DNA of 64,000 nt from a virus. Lineage: Duplodnaviria; Caudoviricetes. A program made the position numbers and the translations under genes. Below are positions 46,698 to 56,900 of the stretch, in pieces. The notes under the pieces are model-generated. The model searched no databases. It saw only the letters and a program-made list of their open reading frames with translations, and was not told the DNA's origin. The DNA is taken from positions 1-64,000 of the IMG/VR virus record IMGVR_UViG_2585427591_000001. One strand, given 5' to 3'. Every line of letters begins with the position of its first letter. The stretch's first letter is position 1.

Positions 46698-48410
46698 ATG
46701 GATATACCTTTCGCTACATCTAACGTCGCCGGCGTCTCAATCGCGCGCGTGAATGCAGAGAATACGCTTTCGCTGAGTGCAGGTAACGGTAACTCGGTAT
46801 TCGTTGGCCTTGTCGTTTCTGCCCGCGGCAAGCCATTCACGCGGCTGGCAATAACAAAAGACAATCTCTATAAAGTCCTTGGCGCGCCGATCCATCCCTC
46901 AGTTGGTCGCTGTTATGAGCCAATGCGCCACATTGAAGAAGCCGTACAAGGTGGTGGTGGTTATGTCGTTCGCGTCCCTTCAGACGATGCTCGATACCCT
47001 GTTTTGACATGGGCCAATCCAGCGCCAGCACTACTAAAAGCAACGACCAAAACGGCAGGTGTAAAAGGCAAAACGTTGTTGAAAGCTGATGGTGACGGTG
47101 AAGGAGAAGAGGTCCCGCCGGTTGTAGAGCCGGTTGTTCCTAATGAGACGGCGACCGTTTCATATGTCACTAAGACGGGCATGCAATACGGGAACGAGCC
47201 AGAGTTAAAAGACGGCCAGTTGCTGATTATTTACATCGTTGACGGGGACCCATCTACAACTCGTTCAATTGAATTTAAGCGGGATACGATTAATAGCGAA
47301 CGCATGTTTTTGACGTTATCAGAAACAAGTTCCCTGGGTATCGTATCGCAGCTGGAAACCCTCACCGTTTCGCTATCCACGTCTGTTAAAGACGATTATG
47401 GCGATCCGGCGTGGATTGAAACAGCGCTGGAAAGTAAATCTAAATATCTGCGCGCCATTTCCCTGCCCGACCCAAACCCCGAACTCTTCAAAGACGCTAT
47501 TGAGAGTCTTACCGCTGGCCCCGTTACCTTTGAAAAGGGCACGAACGGCGATATGAACAACATTGGCGTCGAAAATTATCACCGGGCACTGACCGTTCTA
47601 CGCGCCGAAGAAATTTACTTCACTGCCGTACTGAGCCTCGGCTGTTATGACATAACCGTACTCGGCGCGCTAAGCGACCTAGCGAAAAACCGAAGAGTTG
47701 ATGCCTTCTTTGATATCGATCCTCGGCTCAGCTACTCGGATGCTCTCACGACATCTGACGAATGGTCATTTAACGACCATGAATGGTTGTCGCTTTATCA
47801 TTATCCGTATACCTACCGCGATAAGAGCTCAAGAGCCAACATCGTTTGCGGCATTTCGGGTACCGCTTTCCTCACCAAGTCGAAAGGGGTTCAAAAGGTC
47901 CCGGACATCGGCGGCTGGCATTATTCGGCAGCTGGTGAAGAGCGTGGCGTGATCGGGCGAAGCAATCAGAAAATTGCATCCTGGGCTGGCGAGCCAGATT
48001 ACGAAGCGATGTATCTGAAGCGCCTAAATAAGACGTCGATTACACGCAATGGCGTATCAATTATAGATGATGGCCTGGCTGCATACCGACGCGATAACGA
48101 CCTCCGCTTTGCGCACGTCAATTCCACAATGAACGCGATTGCACGTGACGTTAACCAATACTGCCAAACCGTGAAGCACAACCCGGATGGAATCACGCGC
48201 GATAGTTTGGAGCGCAACATTCCGAAAATTCTTGATGGCTACGTGACGTCTGGTGCCCTTGTGCCCCCATCTGATCCCGATTCAAACGGCACTGATCCTT
48301 ATATCGTCATTATCTCTAAAGATGAGTCTGATTTGTGGCGTATTGACTATGCATGCTGCGTAACCGGTTCGTCTCGTCGTATCGCTGCAGTGCCATCACT
48401 CATCAAGTAA
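46698..48410 (+). CDS. Tail sheath protein (P1 gp22-like)
   Basis: TAVLSLGCYD, GGWHYSAAGEERG, IIDD, LRFAHV, TGSSRRI. Confidence 0.88.
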   Translation: MDIPFATSNVAGVSIARVNAENTLSLSAGNGNSVFVGLVVSARGKPFTRLAITKDNLYKVLGAPIHPSVGRCYEPMRHIEEAVQGGGGYVVRVPSDDARYPVLTWANPAPALLKATTKTAGVKGKTLLKADGDGEGEEVPPVVEPVVPNETATVSYVTKTGMQYGNEPELKDGQLLIIYIVDGDPSTTRSIEFKRDTINSERMFLTLSETSSLGIVSQLETLTVSLSTSVKDDYGDPAWIETALESKSKYLRAISLPDPNPELFKDAIESLTAGPVTFEKGTNGDMNNIGVENYHRALTVLRAEEIYFTAVLSLGCYDITVLGALSDLAKNRRVDAFFDIDPRLSYSDALTTSDEWSFNDHEWLSLYHYPYTYRDKSSRANIVCGISGTAFLTKSKGVQKVPDIGGWHYSAAGEERGVIGRSNQKIASWAGEPDYEAMYLKRLNKTSITRNGVSIIDDGLAAYRRDNDLRFAHVNSTMNAIARDVNQYCQTVKHNPDGITRDSLERNIPKILDGYVTSGALVPPSDPDSNGTDPYIVIISKDESDLWRIDYACCVTGSSRRIAAVPSLIK

Positions 48411-48423
48411 GAAGGAATTCACG

Positions 48424-49149
48424 ATGACTGGAAAATTTGAATCCGGCGCTTTTTTCGCAGATGCGATGTTGCTCGAAAGCGCTTTCCGTAAAAAACCCGC
48501 GGAGGAAGTAGAAAAGCCGCCGGTTGTTGTGCCACCAGCCGAAATGACGGAAGAACAAGCCTGGGGATTATTGCTCGAAGCCGCTAGCGCGCGTGCTGAT
48601 CAAAGTGACCGCGCCGCGGCCGCGGCCGCCGTGATCGAATGGGCTGAAGGTGGTGATGCGTCATGGGATGCCTTCGACGCGCTTGCGTATGGGCTGGCGC
48701 TGGAAAGCGAAGGCCTTGATCCCGAGGATGACGCGGAAATTGAAAGCACAGACGACCTGAATGGCACGTATAACTCAATCCTGGTCCTGATGGCGGAAGC
48801 CGCGGCGATGTTTGGTGCTGATGACGCGGACATTGCGACTTTCATTGACGAAGAAGACGAAGAGGCTGGCGAAAAAGTCATGAATGCCGTGTCTGGCATT
48901 GATGAAGAAGAAGCCGATGACCTGATCGCGACATTCGTGGCCGGTGGCGATGAAGAGTTGTTTGAAGCCGTTAAAAAAGTTGTCCGTAACGGCAAAGTGA
49001 AGCTCATCAAAAAGAAAATCCGCCCCCGCCGTATGAATGGTGCCCAGCGTGCTGCGCTGAAAAAAGCCCGGCGCAAGTCGAACACCAGCTCAGCGAAAAT
49101 GAAGCGTAAAAAATCGATGAAGATCCGCAAAAAACGCTTCGGTAAGTAA
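48424..49149 (+). CDS. P1 gp21-like protein (acidic body, basic tail resembling prohead core proteins)
   Basis: LLESA/LLEAA motifs; EAVKKVVRNG...AQRAALKKARRK...RKKSMK. Confidence 0.8.
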   Translation: MTGKFESGAFFADAMLLESAFRKKPAEEVEKPPVVVPPAEMTEEQAWGLLLEAASARADQSDRAAAAAAVIEWAEGGDASWDAFDALAYGLALESEGLDPEDDAEIESTDDLNGTYNSILVLMAEAAAMFGADDADIATFIDEEDEEAGEKVMNAVSGIDEEEADDLIATFVAGGDEELFEAVKKVVRNGKVKLIKKKIRPRRMNGAQRAALKKARRKSNTSSAKMKRKKSMKIRKKRFGK

Positions 49150-49217
49150 GCGTACAGGCCACCTGGCTTATCTGGGTGGCCGTTAAGTATCTTTAAGGCG
49201 CAGTGGCGGGGTTCAGC

Positions 49218-49790
49218 ATGCAGTACGGCGCAGTGTTTCCAGATGGGGTAAGCAAGTATCTGAAGGTGTACATCACATCCGGGGAAGACTCGGTAACCGG
49301 GTACCTCACAGACGGCGGCAGTGCAGAACTTACTGCTAACTGGATGTCAGCATTTGAGGGTGATTCCCTGGGCTCAGTAGCAGGTGAGTCACTTTCTAAC
49401 GCCACCCAGGCAGTGACGAATACGACGAGTATTTCTCGTTTTAACTCGCTGCTGGTGTGGAACGGTTCAACGCCAATGACGTTTAACTTGCCCGTGTACT
49501 TCCAGGCCACTGCTGATGCGAATCTTGAGGTAAATGCCGCGATCATGGCGCTAAGCGCGATGGCCTCACCGGAGTTGGGTGACTTCACGCCAATGGGCCG
49601 CCGGCCTTTGCCTGCAATTTTAGATATCGGCCGGCGTATAAAGATTTTTGACGTCGTTATTCAAAACGTAACTTATGAACTCGACGCGCCAAAAACTTCG
49701 GATGGCTTTTTCACGCACAACACAGTGAATTTGCAGATCACAGCGATGGCCGTAACAAACCGTTCAGAAATGGCAACGCTATTTATTTAA
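49218..49790 (+). CDS. pmgG: Morphogenesis protein PmgG (tube-fold)
   Basis: DGVS.YLKV, VTGY, NSLLVW, SPEL, IGRRI, LDAP. Confidence 0.82.
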   Translation: MQYGAVFPDGVSKYLKVYITSGEDSVTGYLTDGGSAELTANWMSAFEGDSLGSVAGESLSNATQAVTNTTSISRFNSLLVWNGSTPMTFNLPVYFQATADANLEVNAAIMALSAMASPELGDFTPMGRRPLPAILDIGRRIKIFDVVIQNVTYELDAPKTSDGFFTHNTVNLQITAMAVTNRSEMATLFI

Positions 49791-49803
49791 GTGAGGAATA
49801 ACC

Positions 49804-50304
49804 ATGAGTACAGGACATTTTAACTCCCGCGGCAACGTGGGTTATCTCAAAGAGAAATACAATCGCAACCGCGCCGCGGGTGAAAAGCTGATTGCCAGTG
49901 AGTTTGAAATGGTAATTCACGGCTTCGAGCATATGTCAGTACTTGTACGCTCGACTCAATTCCCTGAAATGAGCCGACAGGATGTTGAGGACTTCGGCCC
50001 AATGGGGTTGATTTTCAATCAGCACGGGGCACTGAAGAACGGCGGAGAAATACAGGTGCAGTGCGTTGAAACCATCATTGGTGATGTCGCCGGGATGGTT
50101 AAAAAAATCGTCAAAGAAAAGAGCTATCACGACATTACCTTGCGTGCTACCCCTGAATCATTACTCGGGATCGGGTCAAAGGCCATCACAAGCGAGATGT
50201 CAGACTGTAAAATTTACAGCGATCAAATTGATGTAAGCACTGAAGACGGTGCCGCACTTGTCCGCCCTTCTCTGCGCATTGTGTACAACTGGGTTGATTA
50301 TTAA
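49804..50304 (+). CDS. bplB: BplB (tail tube-like protein)
   Basis: SVLVR..Q.PEM.R.DVED.GP, FNQHG, GEIQVQCVETI, VRPSLRIVYNW. Confidence 0.88.
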   Translation: MSTGHFNSRGNVGYLKEKYNRNRAAGEKLIASEFEMVIHGFEHMSVLVRSTQFPEMSRQDVEDFGPMGLIFNQHGALKNGGEIQVQCVETIIGDVAGMVKKIVKEKSYHDITLRATPESLLGIGSKAITSEMSDCKIYSDQIDVSTEDGAALVRPSLRIVYNWVDY

Positions 50305-50858
50305 TGACTCCGCACGCGTTGCTTACAACCGTCAAATTGCGCTTCCCGGTGTTGCTTCACGATGACGAGGCAGCACTGGACAATTTGCTTGTGCAGGCAC
50401 TTGGCACTTATCAAGACAAAGCTGGATGCATTAACTCAACCACCATTGCTAAATCTGGTGACAATTCACTCACGCGCGCCCTTCCTGCTGATTACCTGGC
50501 GATGGTTGGCGTTGTCGATAGTGAAGGCAGTTATGTCTGTTCCAGCATTGTTGACAGTCAGTTAATCCTTGAGCCCGATTGCTATACCAGCTGGCCGCTT
50601 AAATTTATGTATCTCGTCAATCTGCGTGAAATGGACCTCGATAAAGGCACCGTGCCACCAAACATCATTGGCAAAGTGCAAAATTATCTCGAAGCACTTA
50701 TTGCGATCCCTAACATCGAACGTCTTCGCCGCGTTTCCATAGCGGGCAAATACGACGTTATGAACCTTCCCGACGAGTCAACATTGTACGAACGTGCGCG
50801 CCAGCTCGAAGAAGATATGGCAAACCACCGCGCCATTCTTCCAATGTTCACCAGCTGA
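50304..50858 (+). CDS. pmgC: PmgC (head-tail adaptor-like)
   Basis: MTP..LL..VK.RF, ALGTYQD.AG, LIAIPN..RLRR.SIAGK. Confidence 0.85.
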   Translation: MTPHALLTTVKLRFPVLLHDDEAALDNLLVQALGTYQDKAGCINSTTIAKSGDNSLTRALPADYLAMVGVVDSEGSYVCSSIVDSQLILEPDCYTSWPLKFMYLVNLREMDLDKGTVPPNIIGKVQNYLEALIAIPNIERLRRVSIAGKYDVMNLPDESTLYERARQLEEDMANHRAILPMFTS

Positions 50859-50868
50859 CGGTATCAAT

Positions 50869-51489
50869 ATGGGCCTACTTCTCGATCCTTACGCCATTGT
50901 TGCTCCTATCAAAGACTCCGGCCGCGTATTAGGCGCGATTGACCGAATCGGCAGCCTTTCAACGATTTTCAGTTCATCTATCCCAACCGCTGAAATCCTC
51001 TACTGTAAAGGGCTGGCGCGCCAGTTGGTGCGTATGCGCTTTGCACAGGGCTGGGAATGGGCAATCGATGTGGAAGGTTTTCCCGGACTCGATATGTTCG
51101 TTAAAGACGTGACATATGGCGTGGGTTCAATAGAGACAGAAGAGAAACGGATCGGCGGTGGCGTTATCAATAAACCAACGCACAGGAATGCGGGGACCGT
51201 CACGATGGTTGCGCGTGACACAAAAGAAGGCCTTGTTGGCACCTGGTTCGACGCATGCAGCTCAAAAGTCGTTAACCGCGACGGGACCGTCAATTTGCCA
51301 GCTGCATACCTTCTTACGCTTCGCATTTATAAGCTACTCGATGGCGCGTTGTTGCCAGAAGGCGTATGGCGCGTCATTCCAACTGAGCGCGGCGAGATAT
51401 CCCGTGCGCGTGATCAGATCGGTGAGTTTCATTCATTCCCGATGACCTTTAATAAACACAGCACATTCGACGTGCTGGGGGTTATGTGA
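50869..51489 (+). CDS. tub: Tub (tail tube initiator-like)
   Basis: FAQGW, KDVTY, IGGG.I..PT.R..G, N.DGT.N.P..YL, ARDQ..EF.SFPMTF. Confidence 0.85.
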   Translation: MGLLLDPYAIVAPIKDSGRVLGAIDRIGSLSTIFSSSIPTAEILYCKGLARQLVRMRFAQGWEWAIDVEGFPGLDMFVKDVTYGVGSIETEEKRIGGGVINKPTHRNAGTVTMVARDTKEGLVGTWFDACSSKVVNRDGTVNLPAAYLLTLRIYKLLDGALLPEGVWRVIPTERGEISRARDQIGEFHSFPMTFNKHSTFDVLGVM

Positions 51490-52355
51490 TGTCGATACCT
51501 GAGTTCCCCCTACCCTCCCGCCCTACCCATAAAATCAACTTCCGCGAACCGGACGTTCAAACAGGCATGCGCTTCTGCGACATAAACGAGGCATTTGAAG
51601 AGAACGCGACGACTGAATATCTCAATCTGCTTCAGATAGGCACACTCTCGGATAGCAGATTCTGGACGGCGCAGGACCGGCGCACGGCGCTATGGTGGAT
51701 ATACCTGTTCTCGCAGACGGACCCGACGATCACAGTCAAGTACGATTGCTCACACTGCGGCGAGGCACACTACTATGACTGCGATATGAGGCTGCTCGAC
51801 GAAGAAGCCACTTATCTTGAGCGCGAGCCCTCAATTCAGGTAACGATGAATGCCGCAGGTGAATCCTATGAATGGCTGCTTGTGCCACTCAACGGCGTAG
51901 CCATGGAGAACCTTGAAAAAATGCGCAGCCGTCTGCCGGAAGATATCGACTCTGCAGAATATAAACGGGGGCTGGCAGACTTAAGGATCTGGGAGTTGGT
52001 TTATCAGGCCAGACTTTTTTACGACCTCGACCCGGCTTTTGATGCGGCTGCTAACAGGCGATATGACTTAGTGCAAACAATGTCACTCGATATTGAATTC
52101 ATACACTTTGTTGCGCGCATTTCCCAGGCGCAGCAAGTACTGAAACATGGGCTGAACATGCAGTTTGACGACGGCCGGGCGATGCTCATTTTACCAAAGC
52201 ACTATTGCGACGCAGATAAGGCCAAGGAGGCAGGAAGACCCTATACGCGTCTCCTGCTTGGCTTTCGGAATATCTTCTTCCTGCCAAATTCTGGATACGA
52301 TTGGCTGGCAGATTTTAGTGAACAACCTGACCCTATACGCTGGCCAGTCGATTGA
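51486..52355 (+). CDS. pmgB: PmgB (baseplate/tail assembly chaperone-like)
   Basis: FPLPSRPT, WTAQDR.TALWWI, CSHCG..HYYDCDM. Confidence 0.88.
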   Translation: MMSIPEFPLPSRPTHKINFREPDVQTGMRFCDINEAFEENATTEYLNLLQIGTLSDSRFWTAQDRRTALWWIYLFSQTDPTITVKYDCSHCGEAHYYDCDMRLLDEEATYLEREPSIQVTMNAAGESYEWLLVPLNGVAMENLEKMRSRLPEDIDSAEYKRGLADLRIWELVYQARLFYDLDPAFDAAANRRYDLVQTMSLDIEFIHFVARISQAQQVLKHGLNMQFDDGRAMLILPKHYCDADKAKEAGRPYTRLLLGFRNIFFLPNSGYDWLADFSEQPDPIRWPVD

Positions 52356-52469
52356 TGGAGTGTTGTCTTCGAGCATAAGAACGGCATTTCAACTCAATAG
52401 CTCGCTGGAAGAGAAGTACAAGAAAAAAACGTAATCAGACGTTCTTAGTAAATTTTACTGATATTTAAA

Positions 52470-52554
52470 TTGCGCATTCAATACACATCACATGCACATT
52501 CAAGGTGCATTAAACATGCATTAAGCGTGTATTTTTTACACTTAAAAGATGCAT
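52470..52554. repeat. Array of eight octamers at an 11-bp period
   Basis: Starts at 52470, 52481, 52492, 52503, 52514, 52525, 52536, 52547 (TTGCGCAT, ATACACAT, ATGCACAT, AGGTGCAT, ACATGCAT, GCGTGTAT, TTACACTT, AGATGCAT). Confidence 0.8.
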
Positions 52555-52623
52555 ATAACGTGAAGATTGTATGTGTTCAGTTTCTTTACGAAAGCCCATC
52601 ATTCATCATTAAAGGATAATCAG

Positions 52624-52695
52624 ATGACATCAAAACCAAGAAAAGTGTTTACGCTCATGAAGGCAATATGCCGGTTTTTAAGGTTGATCAAATAA
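52624..52695 (+). CDS. Putative 23-aa cationic amphipathic peptide
   Basis: AAGGA RBS; MTSKPRKVFTLMKAICRFLRLIK. Confidence 0.4.
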   Translation: MTSKPRKVFTLMKAICRFLRLIK

Positions 52696-52758
52696 TATCC
52701 CCCTATTGATTCACAGCACTTAGAGCCTCACATCACAAGTGAAAGGGATGAGTAGCGC

Positions 52759-52931
52759 ATACGCATTACATGCATACGAAAAATGCACGTAATGCGCCTT
52801 TAAGGTGCACGAAATGGGCGTTAAGTGCACCAAAAATACATCAATAAAATGCATTAAATGCACATTATAAACGCACTTATAATGCATGTAAGGCTCATAA
52901 CACACACACTTTGAATGCATAACATGCACAT
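52759..52931. repeat. Array of sixteen octamers at an exact 11-bp period
   Basis: Starts every 11 bp from 52759 to 52924 (ATACGCAT, ATGCATAC, AAATGCAC, ATGCGCCT, AGGTGCAC, ATGGGCGT, GTGCACCA, ATACATCA, AAATGCAT, ATGCACAT, AAACGCAC, TAATGCAT, AGGCTCAT, ACACACAC, GAATGCAT, ATGCACAT). Confidence 0.85.
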
Positions 52932-53180
52932 ATTAGCCATCAAAGGGCTGTATCCGGCTTAAATCTACATTCCTTAAATGGCAGCGCAGGGCGCTTTTCA
53001 ACACCAGTTTGTGCCAAAAACATTCCTCCAACACAATAAAACCTAGACAAACCCTACTTATACCAGTTAAGCATTGTGGCAGTTGTTTGCCCTATACACG
53101 CAGAAGGTGTAAGATTGGGGAGCGGATAACCCGCGCTTATGAATACTCACGAATACTGCGACTGAAGAGGGCTTAGGTCC

Positions 53181-53816
53181 ATGCCACAAAAACTGCTGAA
53201 TGCTAGTAAAGTTATCGAACTTTTCGCTCATCTGAACGAAACGCCGGATAACCGCGCTCTGTTTTCTGAGTTAGTGAACGGCGTTGATGTGACCGATGAA
53301 ATTCCCGCTTTGGCGCTGGCGCCAGGTTATCGTGTCGTGCGTGTTGATAACGGCAAGAAAGATAAGATTTCACAAGACCATTTCGAACTGGCCCTTGTAA
53401 ATGATCTGTCTGAAGAGGTTGTGTATTACAACCGCGTTATCTTCCAGCCGGATGCATTCCTGAATTGTCGTCCAGTTACACAGATTCTTGTGTGGCGTAC
53501 TCAGAAGCGTCAGCACCGTGCCGTGTTGCATGATCTCGCAGGAATTATCTTCTTCGATTACCTGTTAGAAAAATACGACGTGCTCGTATCTGACAGAAAC
53601 CAGACAACTGACGGGACCAGCTTCTGGCAAGCGCGCTTATATGACGCACTGGAATTCAAACATCATCTCTACAGATATGACATGATCACATGTGAACTGC
53701 ATGAAATGAGGAATGAGGAAGAACTGGAAAAAGGAAGCACATGGTTGTGGGGTGAACCTGAGCACTATCAGGACCGGCTAGCCATCATTTCTAAGTTCCC
53801 GTTACCGAAACAGTAA
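53181..53816 (+). CDS. Stand-alone accessory (moron) protein, possible GNAT-like fold
   Basis: Own promoter TTGCCC-17-TAAGAT (53087-53115) and terminator; TQILVWR and VSDRNQTTDGTSFW motifs. Confidence 0.75.
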   Translation: MPQKLLNASKVIELFAHLNETPDNRALFSELVNGVDVTDEIPALALAPGYRVVRVDNGKKDKISQDHFELALVNDLSEEVVYYNRVIFQPDAFLNCRPVTQILVWRTQKRQHRAVLHDLAGIIFFDYLLEKYDVLVSDRNQTTDGTSFWQARLYDALEFKHHLYRYDMITCELHEMRNEEELEKGSTWLWGEPEHYQDRLAIISKFPLPKQ

Positions 53817-53826
53817 CGCACCCTTA

Positions 53827-53851
53827 AAGCCTCGCTAAGCGGGGCTTTTTT
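53827..53851 (+). terminator. Intrinsic terminator
   Basis: AAGCCTCGC-TAA-GCGGGGCTT followed by Ts. Confidence 0.75.
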
Positions 53852-53881
53852 GTATCTGCAATTCAGTGATTATCCCTCCGC

Positions 53882-53902
53882 GCGGTTCACAAAACTTACA
53901 CT
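53882..53902 (+). promoter_or_regulatory. Putative Lpa-dependent late promoter of sit
   Basis: GCGGTTCAC-6 bp-TACACT. Confidence 0.8.
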
Positions 53903-53930
53903 GCCTCATTACTTTTGAAGCGGTGACATC

Positions 53931-56900
53931 ATGGCAGAATCAGACGGCAAACCATCAGGAAAGAACGTCAAAGACGATCTGCTTGATGCTTCACGAATTA
54001 TCAAAACGATAGAGCGCACAAGTAAGAAAGAACTTGATGTACTTCTGAGCATTGATAAAAAACTGGAAGAAGGGGAGGGTGGTAGGTCAGACACGCAAGG
54101 AACCGCTGATAAGCGCCAGCCACGGCAACGTGAAGAGCGCGAGCCACCAGCCCCTCGCCGCCCACGCAAAGAACGCAATCAGCCCCCGGAGATTAAAGAC
54201 GACACCATCAGCGTGCGTAAAAAATCCCGCCGGACTGCATCAGCTACTACTGAGCCAGCCACACAAGAGCCAGGTCCGCCAGTTTTACGCCAGCGCCAGA
54301 AGCGTGAATCAAGACAAACACCGGAATCGAAAAGCCCTGAGCAACTGACCGTTCGTGCCGCACCTGCAAAACGACCATTACCGCCATCCCCCCAAACCCG
54401 GCCACGCCGTGATAGTGGCGGCAAATTCACAAGTTCTGCAGATAAGTCGAAAGAAAATCGTGATGATGCCCGGCACAAAGAGGCAATGAACGAAGAGGAA
54501 AAGAGCCGTTCTGTATTCCAGCGCATCGGGGACATGGTTAAAAAAGCAGATACGAAAGAGATAGAAGGCACCGCGCTGGACGCAGCCGGCGTGGCCGCTG
54601 GCGGCACATTCTGGAAAGCAGGCAAGGAAGCCATTGAACTGGTAAAAAACACTGCGAGCATGCTGAAACTCGGTAATGAAGATGATGAAGACGAGAAGAA
54701 AAATGGAAAATTCTTCGGGAAAATTAAAAAACTATTCAGCAAAAAACCTCCGACCGTTACCCCCGTTGATGATAATCCCACACAAGAGCGGCCAGCTGGT
54801 GCTGGTATAGGGAAGGGGCGCAATCCTGCCGCAATCATCAGTGCCGGTACAGCACCAGCCAGCCCGGCTGGTATCGGGCTTAAAGGTGCAAAAGGCGCGC
54901 GAGCCAGCGCCACGTCTCTCGATGTCACTAACAGAAACATTCAAAAGCTCAATGTTGAAAAAACAGAAGAACAAACGGCCGCGATTAACGAAGGCAATCA
55001 GCTGATCGTTGAAAAACTCGATGATTTACTTAAAGCCCAGGGAGGGAATGGGGGAGGGGGCGGCGGTCTTTCCGGGCTTATCGGTAACGCGTTGACGCTT
55101 GGCGCAACAATGTGGGTATCAAAGTTCGGCAAGAAACTCTTGGCGGGGATCCTGAGCGGCCTAGGACTCGGAGCATTAAAAAAACTCCTGCCAGGGGGTG
55201 GCGACGGTGGCAGCGACATCGACGGTCCCGACAAAGACAAGAAGAAAGGAAAAGGCAAAGGGAAGGGAACGCCACGCAAGAAGAGCGGGAAAGGACTATT
55301 CAAGACTATCCTGAAAACCGGCAAAAACGTCGCTAACCCCGCCGCCGCCGTTGCGGGTACTGCAGCCGTTGCGACTGCCGGAGTCGTGTATGCAAACAGG
55401 GCGAATGTGGACCCTGTAGGGGATACGTCGGACGCGGACGCAAAAGAGAAAACCAAATCACAGGCCAAAGCCTCAAAGAACAGTGCTCAAAGTGCAAAAC
55501 CAGCGAAAGCAGGCGAAACAGTGAAAGTTGGCCGCGTCGCAACGCCGGAAGAGATCGCAGCACGGAAGGCGGGTAAACCTATTACGGCAGCAACAGGGGA
55601 AGTTGCAGAAATAGGCGCGGCGAGGGTAGCTGAAAAGGGGGGGGTAAAAGCCGGTGAAAAGGCTGCGGCAAAAGTGGCGGCTAAGGGCGCGTTAAAACTG
55701 GGCGTAAAAGCAATACCGCTCGTAGGGACCATTGCCGGTGTGGGCATTGATGCAGTGGAGGGAATCACTGACACGGAAGGCCAAAAAACTGCATTTGGGC
55801 TTGGTGAAAAGGACGACGTATCTAATCGCCAGGTTGCTGAATACACGGCCGCAAATGTGTTGAATATGGGCGGGCTTGTGTCCGGGGGTGCTGGCTACCT
55901 TTCAAAAGGTGCTGACTGGCTGGGGATGGATAAAACAGCCGACTTCCTGGATTTTGATACCGCCGGCATGGCGCGGGGCATTCACGGCCTTACAGAGACA
56001 ACTAAAGATACGATATCAAGCATTAATAACGGAATTTATGGCGCGGCCACCAGCGCGGCCGGGTGGCTGGGCTTTGGCAAAGACAAAAAAATGAGTGACT
56101 CAGATAAGAAACAGGCTGAATCGCGCGAAGACGAACGTACTAAAACACTCACGGATACGATTAAAACAGGCGCTACAGGCACTATAGGCGCTATCGAAGA
56201 TATGAGTAAGAGCATGCTCGACGTGCTCATTCCAAGCGCTGCTGCATCCGTTGATGCGCCTGTTACGCCAGTTCAGGGCATGGGTATGTCCAGCCCCCTG
56301 CGGTTCACTCCTTCCCAGCCAGACTCAAACACAGTATCTCCTGCGTTGAACATCGGCGGCAGGAACGCGAATGTTCGTTCGTTCCGTAACAACAACTTCG
56401 GTAATGTGAATTTTGCGGGCCAGGAAGGCGCACAGCTAGAAAAAGCAAACGCAAATGGTGAACAACGTTTCGCGAAATGGAATACCCCAGAAGAGGGTAT
56501 GCGCGGCCTGGCTAATCAATTGATGCTTTACTCAACGGGCAAATCTAAGCACGGCCAGGCCAAGTCGATAGACAAGATCCTCGACATTTTTGCTCCAAAT
56601 AGCGAAAACAATACTTCGAAATATAAAGCTGATCTGGCTGGCGCATTGAACGTATCTCAGACAGACGATCTGAAACTTGATGATCCGAAAGTCATGACAA
56701 AGGTCATCCGGGCAATTGCCACGCTTGAAGGCGGCAACCCGCAGGTAAAAGACGAGTTCATTCAGAAAGCCATTGGCGGGTACGACTATTCGAAAGGGAA
56801 ATGGGAAGGGAAGTTCAACGCAGAAACGCTGGCGATCGTTAACGAACAGCGTAAAGCGAAAGGACTTGAGCCTATCACCGAAAGCGATCAGAACAGCTTC

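Noticed and set aside
52720-52929. 69-aa His/Cys-rich ORF on the minus strand
   Set aside because: It is the translation of the 11-bp TGCA-rich array; its composition is explained by the repeat.
52470-52931. CRISPR array interpretation of the repeats
   Set aside because: Units are 11 bp, degenerate and contiguous, with no unique spacers and no cas genes.
56300-56308. Fifth GCGGTTCAC
   Set aside because: It lies inside sit and is followed by CCAGCC rather than a -10 box.
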